Of a DNA stretch of 64,000 nt, positions 17,793 to 26,482 are shown piece after piece. The stretch's first letter is position 1, and the number at the start of each line of letters is the position of its first letter. Under the pieces are notes generated by a model, which was given only the letters and a program-made list of their open reading frames with translations, had not been told where the DNA came from and searched no databases. A program made the translations under genes and the position numbers. Source of the stretch: Candidatus Dojkabacteria bacterium (lineage in GTDB: Bacteria > Patescibacteriota > Dojkabacteria > GCA-002793355); NCBI GenBank assembly GCA_030583685.1, contig CP129470.1:745292-809291 (forward strand). Reading direction: 5' to 3'.

Positions 17793-20083
17793 TACTTTGT
17801 CGACTTAATTAATTTTTTATCGTTAGTGACGAGTTCTTTAGTCTTGGAGTGTGGTACTTTCTGATCTGGATTTCCGTGGTAAAGCACTGACTGCCAATCA
17901 ATTTTCTGCTTTGTCTTGTTAACGCTTTCTTTTTGCTGGTTTTTTGTTTCGACATAAAGCCAACTTGTTAGTCCAATCCACATATCTTCTATAAAATTGA
18001 AGAAACCAATATATGCGAAAATAGCCCAACTCGCAAGTACCATATTGAAACCAGCATATGTAGCATTTCCCCAATTGCCTTTGAGATAATTGATATAGGT
18101 AATGTATGATGAAAAGAGTACAATTATCAGAGGAATAAGAAGATATTGTAATGATGCTGCAGTACGGTTTTTGACTTTTGGTGTCCTCGCAAATGGGATT
18201 TTCTTGCCTGTGACTGCCTGCTCCAAAGATTTTAATACACCAGCAAGATTTACCGGTAGTAAAATCAAATTAAATCCATAGATGTTTAATATATCAGAGT
18301 ATCTATAACCACAATATTTCAGATCAATTGCCATAGAAATGAAATATGGTACAGCAGTGAGTAATACTAATGTACTTAATAGTTGACCATCAAATGGATA
18401 TGCAAGCAAGAATACTAATCCGAAAGATGCCCATGCAATTGATGCCATGTAGTTAATTCGAAGAAGTACTTCAGACCATGGGACTATAAGATTTTTACTT
18501 TTCCTTTTGCGGATATAAGTAAATAACTTTGGTAGTATTAAGAGACCACCGTTTGCCCATCTCCTTCTTTGAATAATTAATGAACCAAAATCTGGCGGAG
18601 TAGCACTATAACTGAGTCGCTCAGGATAGTTGACCAGCTGCCAATTACTCAGAATCAAATCGACACTTGACTCCGTATCTTCAATAACGGTTCTATCCTG
18701 AACATACCGCTTAATTTCAAAACCTCCAATGTTCTCCTTTTCTACAATATCATCAAGTGCAATTTTTCTAATAACCGCATTTGCTCCGACCCAGAAAGTT
18801 GCACCAAAACGAGTCATTCCTTGGTGAATTATATGCTGTATATCTGTTGTTGCGCCTGATAGCCTCTCTATTCTTGAAAATGCACCTCTGTAAGATGAAT
18901 AAGGAGTTTGGGTTACAGCGACACGTTCGTTGCCCGATTGCTGGAGGAGATAAATGAGTCTGAGACAGTAGTCTTTAAGAAGGATAGAGTCTGCGTCTAA
19001 GGTCAAAAGGAATTCTGAATCTGGAAAACTAATACTGCCTTTTGTTTGAGGGTTCGACTGAATGAGTAACTTACCATCTGGAGAATCTTCTTCGACATAT
19101 GATCCACCCATCAACCCAATATAGGAGTTCAAGTTCATCGCTTTATTGAACTCTTTTGAAAGTGATGCGTATTTCTTTCTTTCAAAATAGGTCAGTTCAG
19201 CAGAGAAAATCCAAACGAGTCTTTGGTATAGCTCCTGAATTCGTTCTGGTGAAATTTGAGCTTTGTCTTGTACTGAAAGCTGTAATGCCTTGTGAATAAG
19301 ACGAAAATCTTGTGCCAAATCAAGAAGTACTTGTTCTACAAAAAATAAATCAACGTGGTCTTCAACCGACTCTTTGCTTGCAATCTCAGATATATAGTTC
19401 GCGGCCCATTTATAATGGTTTGCTAACGTTAGTGTACTCTCGTTTGAAACCTTTTTGTTTTGTTTGAAGGAATTGAATGCTCTTTGGAATCTTCTTTTCG
19501 GTATTGAAAGTACTTGTTGTATGTCGTTCGCAATTGCTCGCGTGGCATTAAGCTTTTCAATTGCAGATTCTTCGATTGGGTTTGGATTATCATCAATAAG
19601 TAACACAACTCTTTTCTTAGGAAATTCCTGCAATGCTGCCGACATCATAGTTTTTTTTACTACAGAGACTTCCTCATTATATGAGGGGATTAAAACTGTG
19701 ACATCCGAAGTGCTTTGGGAAAAGTGTTTCTCAAGTACTGCACGAGGGACTCTTGTGTGTTTGCTAAATCTTTCATAAGCACCTTGTCTTGCTATCAAAT
19801 ACATTAATGCCGAAAAAGTCAAAAATGTCATAACAGCAGTATAGCCAAAAGCTTCAACGGTAAAATTATAATTTTGTGGACCATCTACAAGTTGCTTTAA
19901 AAAGATCGAAAGAATGTAACTAATCCAAAAAAGTACGGTCAAAACAATTGCAACTCTATTAAATGCAAGTTGAAAAGTCGAAGGTTTTGCATGCAGAACT
20001 GGAAGTGGATCAACTTTTTTTTCACTGCCCAATTGTCGCTTTTTTGAGAAGCGTATTTTATCGCGAAGAGTTTGGAGATTCAT
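17792..20083 (-). CDS. processive family-2 glycosyltransferase (cellulose/chitin/PNAG-synthase-like), integral membrane
   Basis: 763 aa; N-terminal TM helices, LIDDNPNP (D,D), LTLDADS (DxD), VIEDTESSVDL (TED-like), QRRRWANGG (QxxRW) then about 6 C-terminal TM helices; stop overlaps start of downstream GH18 gene (ATGA). Confidence 0.7.
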   Translation of the reverse strand: MNLQTLRDKIRFSKKRQLGSEKKVDPLPVLHAKPSTFQLAFNRVAIVLTVLFWISYILSIFLKQLVDGPQNYNFTVEAFGYTAVMTFLTFSALMYLIARQGAYERFSKHTRVPRAVLEKHFSQSTSDVTVLIPSYNEEVSVVKKTMMSAALQEFPKKRVVLLIDDNPNPIEESAIEKLNATRAIANDIQQVLSIPKRRFQRAFNSFKQNKKVSNESTLTLANHYKWAANYISEIASKESVEDHVDLFFVEQVLLDLAQDFRLIHKALQLSVQDKAQISPERIQELYQRLVWIFSAELTYFERKKYASLSKEFNKAMNLNSYIGLMGGSYVEEDSPDGKLLIQSNPQTKGSISFPDSEFLLTLDADSILLKDYCLRLIYLLQQSGNERVAVTQTPYSSYRGAFSRIERLSGATTDIQHIIHQGMTRFGATFWVGANAVIRKIALDDIVEKENIGGFEIKRYVQDRTVIEDTESSVDLILSNWQLVNYPERLSYSATPPDFGSLIIQRRRWANGGLLILPKLFTYIRKRKSKNLIVPWSEVLLRINYMASIAWASFGLVFLLAYPFDGQLLSTLVLLTAVPYFISMAIDLKYCGYRYSDILNIYGFNLILLPVNLAGVLKSLEQAVTGKKIPFARTPKVKNRTAASLQYLLIPLIIVLFSSYITYINYLKGNWGNATYAGFNMVLASWAIFAYIGFFNFIEDMWIGLTSWLYVETKNQQKESVNKTKQKIDWQSVLYHGNPDQKVPHSKTKELVTNDKKLIKSTK

Positions 20084-20146
20084 TAGTGGAAGGATTACCT
20101 GATTGCGGTGTATTATAGCACTACTACAATAAAACGCAACAGGAAA

Positions 20147-20986
20147 TCACCATCCATACCACCATCGGAATATCCTGTGGCGAAAGGTGGCGGGCAGCAA
20201 AGCTACTGATAGTAACGCAAGTTTTGAGCCAAAACCAACAGTATATCTCTGTCTCGGTTGTTCTAAGTACGCAATGCGGACAACAAGATCTGCAACTTTT
20301 TGAGGATTTCTCATTCTATCTAGCCAGGGCAAACGTGCATCCAAATTTTTTCTGAAGCCAAGATACTTCGCATAGAGCTTCTGGTAGGGTGACTCCTTTG
20401 TGTACGATTGGGGATACTTCATATTTTTCCCAAAATTTGTTGCAAAACTGCCGGGTTCTACCTGCAAAACTGAAACACCAAAGGGAGCGAGTTCAAATGC
20501 GAGTGCATCAGAGAGCGCATGAAGTGCTTGTTTAGTTGCTGAGTACACACCATAAAGTGGAGCAGTAGATCGCGCTGCAAGCGAACTCATCATGATAATT
20601 TTTCCTTGCGATTGTTTCAGTAAAGGAAGTGCGAGACGGGTAACTTCGTGAACACCAAAGACATTGACCTCGAATTGCTCACGAATTTCCTCTGCAGAAA
20701 ATTCTTCGGTTGCCCCAATGTAGCCAACACCTGCATTATTGACTAAGACATCAAGTCGTCCTTGCTCTTGGGAAATTTTCGTTATTCCTGCGTGGATTGC
20801 TTTTTTGTCTGTGACGTCAAGGGTTATAAGGTGTACACCCTGTTCGGCGAGTTCGGTTGCAGCCACACTCTTGATGGTGCGAACAGTTCCATAAACAAGC
20901 CAACCGTGCGATGCAAAGGTTTTTGCAATCAAGTATCCGAAACCTGAGGAAACGCCGGTGACCAATACAACGTTACGGTTTGTCAT
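20147..20986 (-). CDS. short-chain dehydrogenase/reductase (SDR) family oxidoreductase
   Basis: VVLVTGVSSGFG Rossmann motif, NNAG, catalytic YSATK (YxxxK); start set at MTNRN to avoid overlap. Confidence 0.75.
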   Translation of the reverse strand: MTNRNVVLVTGVSSGFGYLIAKTFASHGWLVYGTVRTIKSVAATELAEQGVHLITLDVTDKKAIHAGITKISQEQGRLDVLVNNAGVGYIGATEEFSAEEIREQFEVNVFGVHEVTRLALPLLKQSQGKIIMMSSLAARSTAPLYGVYSATKQALHALSDALAFELAPFGVSVLQVEPGSFATNFGKNMKYPQSYTKESPYQKLYAKYLGFRKNLDARLPWLDRMRNPQKVADLVVRIAYLEQPRQRYTVGFGSKLALLSVALLPATFRHRIFRWWYGW

Positions 20987-21395
20987 TTTCTTGTGTGATG
21001 AGAGAGTCCAATATTTGTGCGAGTAATCCTGCCATAATGCCAAGAACGACCATTGAAAGGAAGGAGAAAATACTGGTTAAATCGGTCCATGATTTATCTG
21101 CGGAGAAAAGCACCTGTGTAAACATATAGAGATGTCCAATCGCAATACCTGAGAAAATTCCGAGTGCATAGCGTGAGTATCCGAAATAGCCGGGAATAAG
21201 AAATACGGAAATGATGCTCGAAATGATAAGAAATCCAGTCACTGAGCCGATGGTAATTGAAACGCCGAGAATGACTCTCGTAAGAAGGAGAAGTATGGCA
21301 TTTCCTACTGCAAGCCAAACTAAAAGTTTGCTCCATTTGGGAGAACGAGTTGGTGGCAACCAGTTCAGTGCCTTGTCAAGATATTTTGTCAACAT
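20973..21395 (-). CDS. hypothetical membrane protein
   Basis: 140 aa with 4 hydrophobic helices. Confidence 0.4.
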   Translation of the reverse strand: MLTKYLDKALNWLPPTRSPKWSKLLVWLAVGNAILLLLTRVILGVSITIGSVTGFLIISSIISVFLIPGYFGYSRYALGIFSGIAIGHLYMFTQVLFSADKSWTDLTSIFSFLSMVVLGIMAGLLAQILDSLITQENDKP

Positions 21396-21452
21396 ATAGC
21401 TGTTATAGCAAAAATATGAAGACTCAACAATATTAATAGAGTAAAATGACCA

Positions 21453-21956
21453 ATGAGAAGAAAATGGACTCTTGGCTCAGGTCAGAGGGTTTTTGATAGG
21501 TACGTCAGTCATATATTGCCGGTAGTTGAAGAGGTGCTTCCTGAGGTAGTACAAAAAATTTATATTGCACCAGATGACAGTGCACCTTTGAAAACAATTT
21601 CCGTTGAATTTGACCGTATTGTTGGGGTCAGCAGCATCGTTACGACCACGAAGAAGGATGATATATTTTTTGCAAAACGGAAGAATAGAAAGGGATTATC
21701 ACGCTTTGTCAGAAACCGTGTCCCGGTAGAAGTGAATATGGTGACTGTCATTCTGAAGAAGTATAGGGATTTACCGCAGTATGTGTTAATTACCGCATAC
21801 TTTGGAACTCCAACAGGACCAGAGCCTTGGGGTAAACGTGCGACTAAAGAGGATAATGAGTTTTGGAATAATCATGCGTTTGTTCCAGAGTTACAAGAAA
21901 TCGTTGCCGGAACGGAGACGGAGGAAATGCCAGAATACTTTCAAAAAATGAGGTAG
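21453..21956 (+). CDS. hypothetical protein
   Basis: 167 aa ORF, first gene of a three-gene co-oriented cassette. Confidence 0.4.
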   Translation: MRRKWTLGSGQRVFDRYVSHILPVVEEVLPEVVQKIYIAPDDSAPLKTISVEFDRIVGVSSIVTTTKKDDIFFAKRKNRKGLSRFVRNRVPVEVNMVTVILKKYRDLPQYVLITAYFGTPTGPEPWGKRATKEDNEFWNNHAFVPELQEIVAGTETEEMPEYFQKMR

Positions 21957-21965
21957 AATGATGTA

Positions 21966-22550
21966 ATGGAGACACCATCTAACCAAGAGCTTTTCTCCTT
22001 ATCAGAAAAGTTGTTCCAAGAATCTCAAGAAATCGTCACGGATCTTAATTTACTGTCCATTGCAAATAGATACTCAGAATGTCATCAGATTGGAAGTTCC
22101 GTCATGGGATTACAAATTGACGAAGATATTGATTTTACTTGTTATGTGGAAAACAAGGTATCAGTAGAAGAGTGTTTCTCTTTCGCGCAGGAATTAGTGA
22201 TGAATCCAAAAGTCGAGTTGCTTCGCATCAAAAACTTCTTAACAAAAGTCCCGTATTACCAATTTAAAGTGTATATCGATCCGTATTCTTACAAAGGACG
22301 ACAATGGCAAATTGCGTTCTCTTTTCAAGTTAAATCACAACAGCTCGTGTCAGGGGAAGTTGAAAAGATTGAATGGGTGAAAAGTCGCCTGAGCGATGAA
22401 AAAAAGCTCACCATCTTAAGGCTTAAATATCTTGTGAAAGCGCAGCAATTGAAAATCCCCAGCGCGACAATTTATAACGCGGTGCTTGAGAACGGAGTCT
22501 CAGATTTCACAGGATTACAAAACTACATTAATTCACACGAGACGAAATGA
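21966..22550 (+). CDS. putative nucleotidyltransferase (minimal pol-beta-type NTase fold)
   Basis: IGSSVMGLQIDEDIDF fits the GS-x(n)-DxD motif of the pol-beta NTase superfamily; stop overlaps next gene start (ATGA). Confidence 0.4.
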   Translation: METPSNQELFSLSEKLFQESQEIVTDLNLLSIANRYSECHQIGSSVMGLQIDEDIDFTCYVENKVSVEECFSFAQELVMNPKVELLRIKNFLTKVPYYQFKVYIDPYSYKGRQWQIAFSFQVKSQQLVSGEVEKIEWVKSRLSDEKKLTILRLKYLVKAQQLKIPSATIYNAVLENGVSDFTGLQNYINSHETK

Positions 22551-23068
22551 ACAAAACAATTGTACTTGAAACGCTCTCTTGGCAATACTCCTTGACCTGG
22601 AGGTTGGCGGAATATACGTTACAAGATCTTACGGATGAAGAATGTTTGTGGGAACCGACAAAAAATAGTTGGAATGTAAGAAAAGATGCCGAAGGCAGAT
22701 GGGTTCCTGACTGGATCGTTCCTGAGCCAGTTCCAATACCAACAACGTCAATTGCGTGGGTTACGTGGCATATTATGTGGTGGTGGAGCAGCGCGTCTGC
22801 TGTGCTGCGAGGTGATCAGAAGTTGGAGCATAATGAAGTATTTTGGCCTGGCTCCGCATCGAGAATAGCTGAGGTTTTACAGCAACTTAATACTGAATGG
22901 CTGTCACAATTAGAAAAAATGACGGAAGAAAAACTGGACACTCTCGTTGCACACCCTTGGAGTGAACCACGTCCTTTACGAATAATGATAGCGTGGGTAA
23001 ATAGTGAGTTAATGAAAAACGTTTCAGAAATAGGGTATGTGCGGCATTTGTGGGGAAATAGGGAATAA
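22547..23068 (+). CDS. DinB/YfiT-like (DinB_2) four-helix-bundle protein
   Basis: ETLSWQYSLTWRLAEYTLQDLTDEECLWEP and downstream WHIMWW/H-rich helices typical of DinB_2 family metalloprotein. Confidence 0.55.
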   Translation: MNKTIVLETLSWQYSLTWRLAEYTLQDLTDEECLWEPTKNSWNVRKDAEGRWVPDWIVPEPVPIPTTSIAWVTWHIMWWWSSASAVLRGDQKLEHNEVFWPGSASRIAEVLQQLNTEWLSQLEKMTEEKLDTLVAHPWSEPRPLRIMIAWVNSELMKNVSEIGYVRHLWGNRE

Positions 23069-23105
23069 TGTACGTAGGCTACGGAGAGTGGAAGCATTGA
23101 AGCAA

Positions 23106-23411
23106 TTATAGACGTGCCGAAACGAGGTAGGTGATTGCAATAACGAAAGGTACGATTGCGAAGTAACCAACAGTTTTCAAGAAGAAGGAGACACCTTCTT
23201 TTTTCTTGCCTTCAAGAAAGAGTGCGAGTGGATAGTACCCGAAGAGATATCCCATGACAGCCGCTGAGAGGGTAAAGAGGGAAATAAAGAGAATCGGCAT
23301 AACGAGCATAGGAGCATCATGTTCAATGGTTGCTGTTGCATTCATGATGACAACAACCAGCACAATATAGACATTTGCCGCAAGGGCATGAGCAAGTGGA
23401 TTTTTTGTCAT
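23106..23411 (-). CDS. small hypothetical membrane protein
   Basis: 101 aa, three hydrophobic helices. Confidence 0.4.
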   Translation of the reverse strand: MTKNPLAHALAANVYIVLVVVIMNATATIEHDAPMLVMPILFISLFTLSAAVMGYLFGYYPLALFLEGKKKEGVSFFLKTVGYFAIVPFVIAITYLVSARL

Positions 23412-23461
23412 ATTTCAAGTGTAGACCGAAAAGTGAATAAGTCAAGGGAACATTCTTGTTA

Positions 23462-23962
23462 TTATTCGCCTGCCTTTTTGATATCTTCGAGTATAAGTTT
23501 TTTCATCGGCATGAAAACAGCAGTAACTGCTTCTGCTTTATTTGGATCTCGCATCATTTCATCCAAGATTCTCGGAACGATTTGCCAGGTTACGCCAAAT
23601 TTGTCGGTACACCAACCACATTGAGCGGCTTCTTGTTCTGCACAAAGTCTTTCCCAAAAATAATCAATTTCTTCCTGCGTTTCGCATTCGACGATAAATG
23701 AGGCGGCGCCATTGAGTTTGTATGGTTCATTCGGACCGCCATTGAGAAGCATAAAGCTCATTCCGTCAATGGTGCATTCAGCCGTTAACACAGAGCCTTC
23801 AGGTCTGCCTGATACTCCTTCCGAAGCTTTTGGTGCAAAGGTGATATCGCCTAATTCTGCTGAATGATTTCCCGGTGCTGCGTTAAAGGTATCAAGGTAA
23901 TAACGAACTGCTTCTTCGCCGTTATTATTTTGAAACCAGAGACAGGTGATAAGTTTGCTCAT
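23462..23962 (-). CDS. VOC (glyoxalase/bleomycin resistance) family protein, PhnB-like
   Basis: MSKLITCLWFQNN...FMLLNGGP...FIVECETQEEIDYFWERL matches PhnB/3-demethylubiquinone methyltransferase-like VOC fold. Confidence 0.6.
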   Translation of the reverse strand: MSKLITCLWFQNNNGEEAVRYYLDTFNAAPGNHSAELGDITFAPKASEGVSGRPEGSVLTAECTIDGMSFMLLNGGPNEPYKLNGAASFIVECETQEEIDYFWERLCAEQEAAQCGWCTDKFGVTWQIVPRILDEMMRDPNKAEAVTAVFMPMKKLILEDIKKAGE

Positions 23963-24178
23963 GGGGCATTGTAGCACGAGGTGAGAAAAATAGTATGGCG
24001 TAAATTCCAGTGTAGGTTAAGAACGATTAACAGAGGAGTATTAATGAGAAGCGGAATAGCTTCCCTCGTTGGCACGTTTCGGAACGGAGAGCTAGACTTA
24101 GCAATCCCATTTGAGGCATTAAGCAAAGTACTTAATTTCACAACTCTTAACATTTCCTGTCGATAAGTCGCTGTATTC

Positions 24179-24637
24179 TTATTCAACTTTAAAAAGGTAA
24201 ACTTTCGCAGCAACTTCTCCAGGATATATTCTTATGCTATTGTTTCCAAGGTTTTTAATTTCAAATGTGATTGTAGAATTAGTACCAGGGTCAATGTGCA
24301 GTGATGAAAGATGTATTTGAAGGCCAAACTGTGCAAGGCTTCCTCTCGTGGTTATTAATCCGAAGAAATTTTCTGAAAGCGACACAGTTTCTTGGCTTTT
24401 GTTAAGTATGAACATTCCTGGTGGAAGTAATATTGAGTTATCTGGAGCAGTTTCTAATTTAATTATATTCTGTGGGTACTTACGCCTAATATCAACCTCA
24501 ATGTTTTTCTCGTAAATATAAAAATCATTACTAAATCGAAGCTCGAAGTATGGGTACTGAACATCGCTAGGAGATAGACCAGTTATGCTAATTTCACTTT
24601 CTCTGATTGCTTTGCTAATCGATTGCGCTGACAACAT
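24179..24637 (-). CDS. putative dCTP deaminase/dUTPase-superfamily protein
   Basis: GLITTRGSLAQFGLQIH resembles the dCTP deaminase/dUTPase beta-barrel motif; start trimmed because the longer ORF overruns tRNA-Asn. Confidence 0.35.
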   Translation of the reverse strand: MLSAQSISKAIRESEISITGLSPSDVQYPYFELRFSNDFYIYEKNIEVDIRRKYPQNIIKLETAPDNSILLPPGMFILNKSQETVSLSENFFGLITTRGSLAQFGLQIHLSSLHIDPGTNSTITFEIKNLGNNSIRIYPGEVAAKVYLFKVE

Positions 24638-24709
24638 AATTGAGTATATTACATTATCGGGGTAAGTGAACAATAACCGAAGGATGTATGGTAGAAGGCA
24701 ATAATACTT

Positions 24710-24781
24710 CTCCTCGGCATGGATTCGAACCATGGACCCAGCGCTTAACAGGCGCTTGCTCTACCGCTGAGCTACCGAGGA
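24710..24781 (-). tRNA. tRNA-Asn (anticodon GUU)
   Basis: Reverse complement TCCTCGGTAGCTCAGCGGTAGAGC...CTGTTAA...GGTTCGAATCCATGCCGAGGA folds as cloverleaf with GTT anticodon. Confidence 0.8.
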
Positions 24782-24844
24782 TCAGCTTCCGTAATTATAA
24801 CCTACTCGCGATTTTTTGCAACCATCTTGGCGTGTAAATAACTG

Positions 24845-25363
24845 TTAGATGAGTTTGATAATCTCAGGTACAGGTATTGCCAATCTGCCATCAACAAGTT
24901 TATCTTTCCAGTTTTCAAGTTGAACAAACTTATAAACAGCTGTTGGTGATGCTTTATACAATCGAAATGGAGCCTCCTTGAGAAAATCTTCGGGATGAGC
25001 AAGAAACTTCTTCGCTTCAGAGCTATTAAAGAACTTTTGTTGAAGCAGGCGTTGTGTGTAGGTTGAAAGGGATGCAATTGTTGCGCGTAACCCAGTAATT
25101 TCTTGTGCTTGAGCTTCAATATACAGGGCATCTACATTGTCATGTCCTGGGCCGACCCAGTACATATTAAGTGCAACTGAGGGGTTCTTTTCAATATTTT
25201 GTGAATGTCGTGTATCCTTTTTGGACATCCAGATAAAATCGAGATTTTTGTTATAGGCATAAAAAATTGTGGAGATCCATGGCTGGGAGTTATCTCCCAG
25301 AGTTGCCAATGAAAGATATCGTACTTCTGTAAGAATTCTAATAACTTTTTCGAGCTCTGTCAT
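24845..25363 (-). CDS. pyridoxamine 5'-phosphate oxidase-like FMN-binding protein
   Basis: LSLATLGDNSQPWISTIFYAY and split-barrel-sized 172 aa protein typical of PNPOx-like family. Confidence 0.55.
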   Translation of the reverse strand: MTELEKVIRILTEVRYLSLATLGDNSQPWISTIFYAYNKNLDFIWMSKKDTRHSQNIEKNPSVALNMYWVGPGHDNVDALYIEAQAQEITGLRATIASLSTYTQRLLQQKFFNSSEAKKFLAHPEDFLKEAPFRLYKASPTAVYKFVQLENWKDKLVDGRLAIPVPEIIKLI

Positions 25364-25401
25364 GAGAAATTATACACCACCACTCTGCGATATAATTACA
25401 T

Positions 25402-26157
25402 ATGGAACAAAAAACAATTCTGATTACAGGAGCCTCTTCAGGTTTTGGCGAAGCAATGGCGCGACTTTTTGCTGCGTCGGGTTACAGGCTGATTCTTGTC
25501 GCAAGAAGGCGTGAGCGTCTCGAGAATCTTCAGAAAGAGTTAAAAACGGATGTTTATATCCAGCAAGTCGATGTGACAAACAGAGGTGCAGTTGAAAACT
25601 TCTTTAAAGAGTTGCCGGAAAACTTTCGAAAAATTGATGTGTTAATTAATAATGCTGGACTTGCCGTGGGGCTGGATTTGGCACAAGAGGCGTCACTTGA
25701 CGATTGGGAGGCAATGATAGAGACAAACAATAAAGCTTTGGTATATTGTACAAGGTTAGCACTCGATAACATGAAAGAGAGGAATGCAGGGTTGATTATC
25801 AATATCGGCTCAGTTGCAGGGAGTGCACCTTATCCGAAAGGAAATGTCTACGGAGCAACAAAAGCGTTTGTTCGACAGTTCTCACGTAACTTGCGTGCAG
25901 ATTTAGCAGGCACAGATATTAAAGTTAGTGTCATCGAACCCGGAGCTGCAGAGACTGAGTTTTCACTTGTTCGATTCAGGGGAGATGCTGAAAAAGCCGC
26001 TGCAGTGTACAAGAATACTCGCGCACTGCAGGCAGGAGATATTGCAAAAGCCGCATTATGGATTATCGAGCAGCCACTACGAGTAAATATCGATGCAATT
26101 GAGATCATGCCAATTGACCAGACTTATGCAGGATTGGTAATGGTGAGGAAAGAGTAG
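25402..26157 (+). CDS. SDR family NADP-dependent oxidoreductase (YdfG-like)
   Basis: ILITGASSGFG, NNAG, YGATK catalytic motif, 251 aa. Confidence 0.8.
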   Translation: MEQKTILITGASSGFGEAMARLFAASGYRLILVARRRERLENLQKELKTDVYIQQVDVTNRGAVENFFKELPENFRKIDVLINNAGLAVGLDLAQEASLDDWEAMIETNNKALVYCTRLALDNMKERNAGLIINIGSVAGSAPYPKGNVYGATKAFVRQFSRNLRADLAGTDIKVSVIEPGAAETEFSLVRFRGDAEKAAAVYKNTRALQAGDIAKAALWIIEQPLRVNIDAIEIMPIDQTYAGLVMVRKE

Positions 26158-26204
26158 TATTTCTTCTGGAAATCTTGCTATCATGACTCAAAATGCGTTA
26201 TAAT

Positions 26205-26276
26205 TCACCTGAACGGGTTGGTAGCTCAATGGTAGAGCAGCTGACTTTTAATCAGTAGGTTCAGGGTTCGAGTCCC
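26205..26276 (+). tRNA. tRNA-Lys (anticodon UUU)
   Basis: GGGTTGGTAGCTCAATGGTAGAGC...CTTTTAA...GGTTCGAGTCCCTGCCGACCCA cloverleaf, anticodon TTT. Confidence 0.8.
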
Positions 26277-26281
26277 TGCCG
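26259..26281 (+). repeat. direct repeat copy 1 (tRNA-Lys 3' end, CGAGTCCCTGCCGACCCATTTTT)
   Basis: Exact 23-nt match to a second copy at 26447..26469. Confidence 0.75.
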
Positions 26282-26446
26282 ACCCATTTTTCTTTGTTGC
26301 GCAGTAACAAGGTACTACATGGTGAAGTAAATTGAGGGACGAGAAACCCCGAGTCAAATGTAGCAACCTACATTTGACGTAGTGGGAGGGCCCGAGTTCG
26401 AAACACCTTACTACGCGTAGCGCAGACACTGCGTTTCGTGAGTGGG

Positions 26447-26469
26447 CGAGTCCCTGCCGACCCATTTTT
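26447..26469 (+). repeat. direct repeat copy 2 (orphan duplicate of tRNA-Lys 3' end)
   Basis: Exact 23-nt match to 26259..26281; not part of a complete tRNA. Confidence 0.75.
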
Positions 26470-26482
26470 GCTATAATCTTCA

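Noticed and set aside
26282-26446. tmRNA or second tRNA gene between the tRNA-Lys 3' duplicates
   Set aside because: No complete acceptor/T-arm/anticodon arrangement on either strand; only the 3' 23 nt are tRNA-derived, so an att-site scar is the better interpretation
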